64,000 bases of DNA from an uncultured Actinomycetota bacterium. GTDB lineage: Bacteria > Actinomycetota > Actinomycetes > Propionibacteriales > Nocardioidaceae. The translations under genes and the position numbers were made by a program. Below, piece after piece: positions 57,688 through 64,000 of the stretch; position 1 is the first letter of the stretch; each line of letters starts with the position of its first letter. The notes under the pieces were generated by a model. That model was not told the DNA's origin and ran no database searches. It saw only the letters and a program-made list of their open reading frames with translations. Location of the stretch: the NCBI GenBank assembly GCA_963707425.1, contig CAVPPN010000005.1:128832-192831 (forward strand), read 5' to 3'.

Positions 57688-58928
57688 CCCGGGTATCCGA
57701 CACGGCGCTTCGACGGCGGGCCTGGGCTCTGCTGTCGCTCTTCGCCGGGGTGCTCATCAGCCGGGGCACGATCAGCCTGGTGGAGCCCCGGGTGCGAGAC
57801 GGGCACGGTGCCGTCGCCGCCCTCGGTGAGGTCGGGATCGTTCTCCTCGTCGCCAGCTTCCCGGTCACCGCGCTGGTCATACTGCGCAGCAAACCGCGCA
57901 ACCGGATCGGCTGGTTGCTGATGGCGATCGGAGCCGTCTGGACGCTTGGCGCTCTGGCCGACGGCTACGCCCGGTACGCGCTGCTCGTGAGCCCGGGATC
58001 GCTGCCTCGACCCGATGTCGCGGCTGTGCTGAACGCAGTCAGCTGGGCTCCCGGTCTGGGCCTGATGGGCACGTTCCTGATCCTGCTGTTCCCGGATGGT
58101 CGTCTCCCCTCACCTCGGTGGCGTCCCGTTGCCTGGCTGTCCGCCGCCACAGTCGCGGCGCTCACGGTGACTCTGCTGCTGACGCCCGGTGAGCTCGACG
58201 TCGGCCCGATGCCGTCGCTGCGCAACCCCTTCGGTGTGGAGTCCGCCCGTTCGGTCCTCACCGTGCTGCTGGGCTTCCTGCTGCCTTTGCTGCCGATCTG
58301 CATCGGGGCGTGTGCCCTGGCCCTCGTCCTGCGTTTCCGACGCTCACGCGGGGTCGAGCGGCTGCAGCTCAAGTGGCTGACCACGGCGGCTGCGTTGGTG
58401 GCCCTCCTCTTCCTGTTCTCGTTCTCGGTCTCCCTGCTCTCGGGATCTCTCTCCGGTGACACACAGCCCGAGTGGATGGACGTGCTGGACGCGGCGTCGT
58501 TCCTGTCGTTCCTCCTCATCCCGGTGGCGATCGGCACCGCCGTCCTGAGACACAAGCTCTACGACATCGACCTGGTGATCAACCGTGCCCTGGTGTACGG
58601 CTCACTCACCGTGACACTGGCCATCACGTACGTCGGGTCGGTCCTCGTCCTGCAACGGGCTGTCAGCCCGGTCACCAGCGAGTCCGACCTGGCTGTCGCC
58701 GGGTCGACGCTGGTTGTTGCCGCGCTCTTCCGCCCGGCCCGGTCGCGCATCCAGGCAGCCGTGGACCGACGGTTCTACCGGAGCCGCTACGACGCAGCCA
58801 AGACGTTGGACGCATTCGCGGTCCGGCTGCGCCACGAGCTGGACCTCGACTCCGTGGGAGCCGACCTCCGCGCCACAGTCGACGAGACCGTGCAACCGGC
58901 CCACCTCTCCCTCTGGCTACGACCGTGA
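57684..58928 (+). CDS. sensor-like polytopic membrane protein, paralog 4 of 4
   Basis: Within ORF 57672..58928. ATG 57684 overlaps the paralog 3 stop. Ends SLWLRP-stop, here with junction CCGTGA. Confidence 0.8.
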   Translation: MTRVSDTALRRRAWALLSLFAGVLISRGTISLVEPRVRDGHGAVAALGEVGIVLLVASFPVTALVILRSKPRNRIGWLLMAIGAVWTLGALADGYARYALLVSPGSLPRPDVAAVLNAVSWAPGLGLMGTFLILLFPDGRLPSPRWRPVAWLSAATVAALTVTLLLTPGELDVGPMPSLRNPFGVESARSVLTVLLGFLLPLLPICIGACALALVLRFRRSRGVERLQLKWLTTAAALVALLFLFSFSVSLLSGSLSGDTQPEWMDVLDAASFLSFLLIPVAIGTAVLRHKLYDIDLVINRALVYGSLTVTLAITYVGSVLVLQRAVSPVTSESDLAVAGSTLVVAALFRPARSRIQAAVDRRFYRSRYDAAKTLDAFAVRLRHELDLDSVGADLRATVDETVQPAHLSLWLRP

Positions 58929-58999
58929 TGGGCGACAACCCCGCCGGCCGACGAGCTGTAACGGTTGGTGGACGGTCAGGCATTAGAAAGGTCCTCACC

Positions 59000-60640
59000 A
59001 TGACTGCAATCACAGCCTCGTTCCGGCGCCGCCTCCTCGGCCGCTCGGCTACGCCGGGAGCGGCGAACGGGCCCGTGGAGCCCGTGGCCGAGCCCTCAGG
59101 TGAGGCGGTGCCCGTCGACATCACACCGAACGACCCGCTCCTGGCCTACCTGCAGAGTGCCAACGGAGTCGTGGACATCGACACGCTGAAGCTCGACTCG
59201 CCCGGTCTCGCCGCCATGAAGGCCGCAGGCGTGAAGCTTGCCGTCCCCCTGGTCAGCCAGGGCGAGCTGATCGGCGTACTGAGCCTCGGCCCGCGACGCT
59301 CCGCACAGGACTACTCGACCGACGACCGGAAGCTGCTGGACGCCCTGGCTGCACAGGCCGCGCCGGCAGTCCGGGTCGGGCAGCTCGTTCGTCAGCAGGA
59401 GGCAGAGGCCCGGACCAGGGAACGGTTCGAGCAGGAGCTCGAGGTCGCACGGCTGATCCAGCAGAACTTCCTGCCCAAGGAGCTGCCTGATCTCCCCGGC
59501 TGGGAGATCGCCGCCCTGTACCGGCCGGCGCGCGAGGTCGGTGGGGACTTCTACGACGTGATCCCCCTGCCAGACGGGCGGATCGGGTTCGTGGTGGGAG
59601 ACGTCACCGACAAGGGCGTACCGGCCGCCCTGGTCATGGCGGCGACCCGGAGTGTGCTCCGGGCATCGGCGCAGCGGCTGGTCGACCCGCGGGAGGTCCT
59701 CGAGCGCGTGAACGAGCATCTGTGTCCGGACATGCCCGCCAAGATGTTCGTCACCTGTCTGTACGGCGTACTGGAGCCGGACACGGGGCGCTTCCGCTTC
59801 GCCAACGCCGGGCACGACCTGCCGTACGTGAAGACCTCGGGCGGGTCCGTCGAGCTCCGGGCCCGAGGGATGCCGCTCGGTCTGATGCCCGGGATGGCGT
59901 ACGAGGAGAGCGAGACCATCCTGGCTCCCGGCGACTCGCTGCTCCTGCATTCGGACGGGATCGTCGAAGCGCACGACCCCGACGGTCAGATGTTCGGCTT
60001 CCCACGCCTGAAGGACGCGGTTGCGAGGTATCCCGGCGGCGGTGCGCTGATCGAGCTCGTGCTCAAGGACCTGCGCGCGCACACCGGGCCCGAGGCGGAG
60101 CAGGAGGACGACATCACGATGCTCACCCTGGCCCGGGCCGCGTCGTCGGCCCCTGGAGGAGACGGCTCGACGCTCTCTGGCCAGGTCGTGGAGTTCGACG
60201 TCCCCAGCATGGAGGGCAACGAGCGCCTGGCGCTGGAGCGAGTGAGCACGATCGTCGCGCCGCTCGGCCTGGTCGAGGCCCGGCGCAAGCGTCTGGAGAC
60301 GGCCGTCGCGGAGGCCACGATGAACGCGATGGAGCACGGGAACCGCTACAGCGCCGACAAGCCGGTCACCGTGCGGGTGATGACCGGGTCGGACGAGGTA
60401 CGGGTCCAGATCGTCGACCACGGCGGGGGCCCCTCCGGCGACGAGAACGAGGTGCCCGACATCGAGGCGAAGCTTGCGGGCCTCCAGCGCCCGCGTGGGT
60501 GGGGGTTGTTCCTCATCAAGGAGATGGTCGACGAGGCGCACGAGTCCAGCGACGGGGAAGAGCACATCCTCGAGCTGGTGATGCGCCTCGGCGACGACTC
60601 GACCGACCGACTTGCCGGAGGCAGCGATGGCAACCAGTGA
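59000..60640 (+). CDS. partial-GAF-like N-terminus + PP2C (SpoIIE) phosphatase + RsbW/SpoIIAB-type HATPase kinase fusion
   Basis: Within ORF 58472..60640. ATG 59000 preferred on codon bias; GTG 58925 is the alternative. VPLVSQGELIGVLSLGPR; GGDFYDVIP...VVGDVTDKG...HSDGIVE; N-box EATMNAMEHGN, DHGGG, GWGLFLI. Confidence 0.85.
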   Translation: MTAITASFRRRLLGRSATPGAANGPVEPVAEPSGEAVPVDITPNDPLLAYLQSANGVVDIDTLKLDSPGLAAMKAAGVKLAVPLVSQGELIGVLSLGPRRSAQDYSTDDRKLLDALAAQAAPAVRVGQLVRQQEAEARTRERFEQELEVARLIQQNFLPKELPDLPGWEIAALYRPAREVGGDFYDVIPLPDGRIGFVVGDVTDKGVPAALVMAATRSVLRASAQRLVDPREVLERVNEHLCPDMPAKMFVTCLYGVLEPDTGRFRFANAGHDLPYVKTSGGSVELRARGMPLGLMPGMAYEESETILAPGDSLLLHSDGIVEAHDPDGQMFGFPRLKDAVARYPGGGALIELVLKDLRAHTGPEAEQEDDITMLTLARAASSAPGGDGSTLSGQVVEFDVPSMEGNERLALERVSTIVAPLGLVEARRKRLETAVAEATMNAMEHGNRYSADKPVTVRVMTGSDEVRVQIVDHGGGPSGDENEVPDIEAKLAGLQRPRGWGLFLIKEMVDEAHESSDGEEHILELVMRLGDDSTDRLAGGSDGNQ

Positions 60641-60989
60641 CCTGCCCACCGAGGTACGACGGCGCGAGCACGTGGCGGTGATCGACCTGATGGGTGACGT
60701 GAACGCAGGAGCCGAGGAGTCGCTGAACGCGGCATGGGACGAGGCCACTCTCGGAGGTCCCGACGCCGTGGTCCTCAACTTCGAGGGTGCGGGCTACATC
60801 AACTCCACCGGCATCGCGTTGATCGTCGGGCTGCTCGCCAGGGCCCGAGCGCACACGATCCCGATCCGGGCCTACGGGCTGAGCCCTCATTACCGGGAGA
60901 TCTTCGAGATCACCCGCCTGGCGGACTTCCTGGCGATCCGGCCCGACGAGGACAGCGCCGTCCGCGGCGCGGACAGGAGCAACGCATGA
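60627..60989 (+). CDS. STAS domain protein (anti-sigma-factor antagonist-like) 1
   Basis: Within ORF 60612..60989. GGAGG RBS before ATG 60627. VVLNFEGAGYINSTGIALIVGLL carries a candidate phospho-Ser/Thr. Confidence 0.8.
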   Translation: MATSDLPTEVRRREHVAVIDLMGDVNAGAEESLNAAWDEATLGGPDAVVLNFEGAGYINSTGIALIVGLLARARAHTIPIRAYGLSPHYREIFEITRLADFLAIRPDEDSAVRGADRSNA

Positions 60990-61336
60990 CCGAGGCAACA
61001 GCGACCTTCGACGTACGCCGGCAGGGAAATGCCAGCGTCGTGGACATCCGGGGGGACGTGACAGCGGGTTCGGAGGACGTGCTCATGAGCGCGTACAACG
61101 CGGCGGGCGACGTCGGGGCGATCGTGCTCAACTTCTCCGACCTCTCGTACATGAACAGTGGCGGGATCGGGCTGCTGGTGACCTTGCTGGTGCGCGCGAA
61201 CCGGCGCTCCCAGCGGTTGCTGGCCTACGGCCTCAGCGACCACTACCGGCAGATATTCGAGCTGACCCGCCTCGACGAGGCCGTCAGCATCCACGACAGC
61301 GAGCGGTCCGCGCTCAACGCGGCCGGCGCCGGGTAG
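60986..61336 (+). CDS. STAS domain protein (anti-sigma-factor antagonist-like) 2
   Basis: Within ORF 60734..61336. ATG 60986 (ATGA overlap). IVLNFSDLSYMNSGGIGLLVTLL. Confidence 0.8.
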   Translation: MTEATATFDVRRQGNASVVDIRGDVTAGSEDVLMSAYNAAGDVGAIVLNFSDLSYMNSGGIGLLVTLLVRANRRSQRLLAYGLSDHYRQIFELTRLDEAVSIHDSERSALNAAGAG

Positions 61337-61364
61337 ACGGCGTCCGACGGGAAGGGAGGACACC

Positions 61365-62147
61365 ATGGGCGACCAGGACGAGAGGACACACGTGCAGGCT
61401 GTCGAGACGCAGTCGGCCGCTCGTGACACCGCCCACTGGGCGAAGTCGGTGTCGAGACTGACCGTCTCCAACGTGCCCGAGGGGGCCGTCAACCTCAACG
61501 TGGCGGGGAAGCGCCTCGCCGGGCCGATCCAGGGCTTCGGCAAGATGTGGCAGAAGACCTACCAGGTGCGACTCCCCGGCGAACTGGTGTCGGCGACCGA
61601 TCTGGTCACCGTGTGGAAGGAGCGGTTCCCCGACTTCTGGCCGGAGGGCAACAGGTTCTACGCGCCGCTGACCGGCATCGAGCCTGGGGAGGTCGCGCTG
61701 ATCAACTCGAAGCTTCCTGGTGGCGTGAAGCTGTCTACCGGCGTCATGGTGCTCTACGCCGACGACGAGTCGTTCACGCTGATGACGCCGCAAGGCCATG
61801 TGTTCGCCGGCTGGATCACGTTCAGCGCAGCGGAGCGCGACGGCGAGACGGTGGCCCAGGCGCAGGTGCTCATGCGCGCATCCGACCCGATCTTCGAGCT
61901 CGGCATGGCGCTGGGCGGGCACCGCCAGGAGGACCAGTTCTGGGCAGAGACCCTGCGTGGCGTCGCGGCCTACTTCGGCGAGTCACCGGAGGTCGACACG
62001 CACGTCGTGTGCGTGGACAAGAGGCGTCAGTGGTCCCGGTGGAGCAACGTCTGGCACTCCGCGGCCATCCGCTCGACCGGCTACATGCTCGCGGCCCCTG
62101 TACGGGGCGTGCGTTCACTGGCCCACCGCCGGCCGAAGGTCGTCTGA
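61365..62147 (+). CDS. hypothetical protein, last gene of the sensor/PP2C/STAS cluster
   Basis: 260-aa ORF with GGGAAGGGAGGA upstream of the ATG. No motif I can name with confidence. Confidence 0.65.
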   Translation: MGDQDERTHVQAVETQSAARDTAHWAKSVSRLTVSNVPEGAVNLNVAGKRLAGPIQGFGKMWQKTYQVRLPGELVSATDLVTVWKERFPDFWPEGNRFYAPLTGIEPGEVALINSKLPGGVKLSTGVMVLYADDESFTLMTPQGHVFAGWITFSAAERDGETVAQAQVLMRASDPIFELGMALGGHRQEDQFWAETLRGVAAYFGESPEVDTHVVCVDKRRQWSRWSNVWHSAAIRSTGYMLAAPVRGVRSLAHRRPKVV

Positions 62148-63940
62148 CCAGTCTCGGCAACGACGTCACACGAGCCGGCAAGCGACAGGGCAGCCTGGAC
62201 GAGGGCAGCGTGCGTGAGCGCCTGCGGGTAGTTGCCCAGCTGCTCTCCGGTCGCTGCGTCCATCTCCTCGGCGTAGAGCCCCAGCGGACTCGCGCGATCC
62301 AGTAGCTCCTCGAACAGCTCGGCGGCCTCGCGTCGACGTCCGGTCCGGGCCAGCGCCTGAACCAGCCAGAACGAACAGGGCAGGAACGCTCCCTCGGTGC
62401 CTGGCAGGCCGTCGCGTCCCGGCGGATACCGGTAGAGCAGCGGTCCACCTGCGGACAGCTTGTCGCGGACGGCGTCCACCGTTCCCCGCACCCGGGCGGA
62501 CCCCGGCTCCTCGAGCCCGATGAGAGGCAGGACGAGCAGTGCGGCGTCGAGGTCCTGCGAGCCGTAGGTCCGGGTGTAGCTCCCCGCACCCGGGTCGTAC
62601 CCACGGTTCCTGACCTCGACGCCGATCGCCTCGCGGGCGGCCTGCCAGCGCCGGCGTTGCCGGGCGGAGAGCCGATGTGTCTCGGCGATCCGGAGTGCCC
62701 GGTCGAGAGCCAGCCATCCCATGAGCTTGGAATGCACGTGATGGGCCTCGTCGCCACGGACCTCCCAGATACCCGCGTCCGGCTCGCTCCACCGTCGCGC
62801 CACGAGATCGGCGAAACCCCGCATCGCACGCCAGGTCTCGGAGTACAGAGGGTGTCCCGCCTGGACGAGCACCCATGCGGCGTCGAGCACCCACCCGTAA
62901 CCGTCGAGCTGGTGTTGACCCGCAGCGCCGTTGCCCACGCGCACCGGCGCGCTTCCCGCGTAGCCGGGCCAGTCCCGGAGGCCCCGTTCGCGGGGTGCGC
63001 GTCGGCCGTCCAGCGTGAGCAGCACCGGCAGGCGGGGACGCTGCAGCCGGCTGGCGTGGAGCAGCCACCACAGGAACCCCCGGGCCTCGTCGACCATGCC
63101 GACGTGGAGAAACGCTGCGATCCCGATGCTCGCGTCCCGGGGCCAGGCGTAGCGGTAGTCCCAGTTCCGCACCCCGCCGTACTGCTCGGGCAAGGAGGTG
63201 GTCGGCGCGGCCACGGGCGCACCGGAGGGCGAGTACGTCAACATCCGCAGCGTCAGCAGGCTGCGGACCACGGCCTCACGGAAGGGCAGGTCCTCGTCTA
63301 CCTGAACAGCCCACTGCTGCCACCGTGCCTCGTCCTCGGCGAGCAGCGCCCAGGCGGTGGCAGGGTCGACCAGGATGAGCGGTTCGCGGTGGGCGACGAC
63401 GACGACGAACGTCACCGGCCGACCGGGGGTGACCGTGACGTACGTCGGCCTCCCGGGTTCGACGACGAGGTCGGCATCGCTGATCAGCGACACGGCGAGG
63501 GAACCCCACTCACACACCAGGTTCGGGCCGACGTGCCGGACCCGGGGCCGGCGGTGGTCCTCCCCCAGCCGGGGGTCGAACTCGACCCCGACTTCGGCGG
63601 CCGCCCCCTCGGCGGACAGGCGCCGCACGAGCAGCGTCGCGGGCGACAGGCGTCCGTCCAGCTCGGCGACCATGCCCTCGGTCAGTGTCAGCCGCCCCTG
63701 CGCGGTGTCCCATGTCGTCTCCAGTGTGGCGCTGTGCCGGCGATAGCGCCGCCCGACAACCGTGGCCTCCGTCGCCGGCCCCAGCCGGAAGCTTCCCGCG
63801 GCGGCTCCCCCGACGAGGCGACCGAAGACGGGCTGCCCGTCGAAGCGAGGCAGGCACAGCCAGTCCAGTGAGCCGTCGCTGGAGACGAGTGCTGCGGTGC
63901 GTGTGTCACCGAGCAACCCGTAGTCGGCGATCGGTCTCAC
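62081..63940 (-). CDS. glycoside hydrolase family 15 (glucoamylase/trehalase-like)
   Basis: 619-aa ORF. MRPIADYGLLGDTRTAALVSSDGSLDWLCLPRFD, WDYRYAWPRDAS, typical GH15. GTG start at 63940. Confidence 0.9.
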   Translation of the reverse strand: MRPIADYGLLGDTRTAALVSSDGSLDWLCLPRFDGQPVFGRLVGGAAAGSFRLGPATEATVVGRRYRRHSATLETTWDTAQGRLTLTEGMVAELDGRLSPATLLVRRLSAEGAAAEVGVEFDPRLGEDHRRPRVRHVGPNLVCEWGSLAVSLISDADLVVEPGRPTYVTVTPGRPVTFVVVVAHREPLILVDPATAWALLAEDEARWQQWAVQVDEDLPFREAVVRSLLTLRMLTYSPSGAPVAAPTTSLPEQYGGVRNWDYRYAWPRDASIGIAAFLHVGMVDEARGFLWWLLHASRLQRPRLPVLLTLDGRRAPRERGLRDWPGYAGSAPVRVGNGAAGQHQLDGYGWVLDAAWVLVQAGHPLYSETWRAMRGFADLVARRWSEPDAGIWEVRGDEAHHVHSKLMGWLALDRALRIAETHRLSARQRRRWQAAREAIGVEVRNRGYDPGAGSYTRTYGSQDLDAALLVLPLIGLEEPGSARVRGTVDAVRDKLSAGGPLLYRYPPGRDGLPGTEGAFLPCSFWLVQALARTGRRREAAELFEELLDRASPLGLYAEEMDAATGEQLGNYPQALTHAALVQAALSLAGSCDVVAETGQTTFGRRWASERTPRTGAASM

Positions 63941-63941
63941 C

Positions 63942-64000
63942 TCAACCCCCCTGGAACAGCAGACCGAGCACGACGCCGTAGACGACGTGTGCGACGACGG
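63942..64000 (-). CDS. 3' end of an unidentified gene (5' part outside window)
   Basis: Own translation ...VVAHVVYGVVLGLLFQGG-stop (TGA at 63942-63944), 1 nt before the GH15 start codon. Confidence 0.3.
   Translation of the reverse strand, partial: VVAHVVYGVVLGLLFQGG

Noticed and set aside
54009-58928. The four paralogs as an assembly duplication artefact.
   Set aside because: The copies differ substantially in sequence and length (N-terminal extensions, divergent loops), yet each keeps an intact frame and coupled junction.
58900-59002. A fusion of paralog 4 with the PP2C-kinase protein by programmed -1 frameshift or stop read-through. The effector frame is open back to 58472, and GTG 58925 overlaps the stop as GTGA.
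   Set aside because: There is no slippery heptamer before the stop. Read-through in frame hits TAA about 30 nt later. Third-position GC in 58928-58999 is low (non-coding-like), and open alternate frames are common here. GTG 58925 is kept only as an alternative start.

Overview
High-GC actinobacterial chromosome segment, gene-dense and mostly core. The synteny is typical of Actinomycetes: ruvCA, yebC, pdxST, the HIT-pgsA-acyltransferase-pimA phosphatidylinositol-mannoside block, thrS, an SsgB-like gene and a cvnABCD conservon. Further along come trkHA plus an RCK K+ channel, rsgA, glyA, the sulfate-assimilation operon sirA-cysH-sirB, lpd, PPK2, zapE, ligC and a GH15 hydrolase. There are four tRNAs: Val-CAC, then a Gly-GCC/Cys-GCA/Val-GAC cluster. 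I saw no rRNA, CRISPR array, transposase or integrase. Many long ORFs in the track are alternate-frame or antisense shadows of real genes, as expected at this GC content, and I ignored them. The most unusual locus is 51.1-62.1 kb. A divergent SARP/BTAD-ATPase-TPR regulator sits next to four tandem, translationally coupled paralogous ~10-TM proteins that all terminate at the same homologous residue (SLW[LVI]RP-stop). These are followed by one PP2C phosphatase fused to an RsbW-type kinase, two STAS proteins and an unknown protein, with no sigma factor in the locus. By eye, each paralog tail looks like the first part of a GAF domain, and the N-terminus of the phosphatase-kinase looks like the rest of one. 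I therefore propose, as a hypothesis, a sensor array that plugs into one partner-switching effector by split-domain complementation. Other notable items: two mutually inverted arrays of 22-bp tandem repeats fill the whole aidB-like/glyA intergenic region. The trkH-trkA operon is decayed (two frameshifts plus an internal deletion) while the neighbouring K+ channel is intact. A 13-bp x5 tandem repeat lies next to a DUF3037/HipA-like gene pair. A nested palindromic element lies between the HIT gene and pgsA. A small lower-GC islet carries an HTH regulator and a phage-type amidase. There is also a PIG-L/OsmC fusion and a PHM/DBH-like copper monooxygenase lipoprotein. All functional calls rest on motif recognition by eye; no database searches were run.
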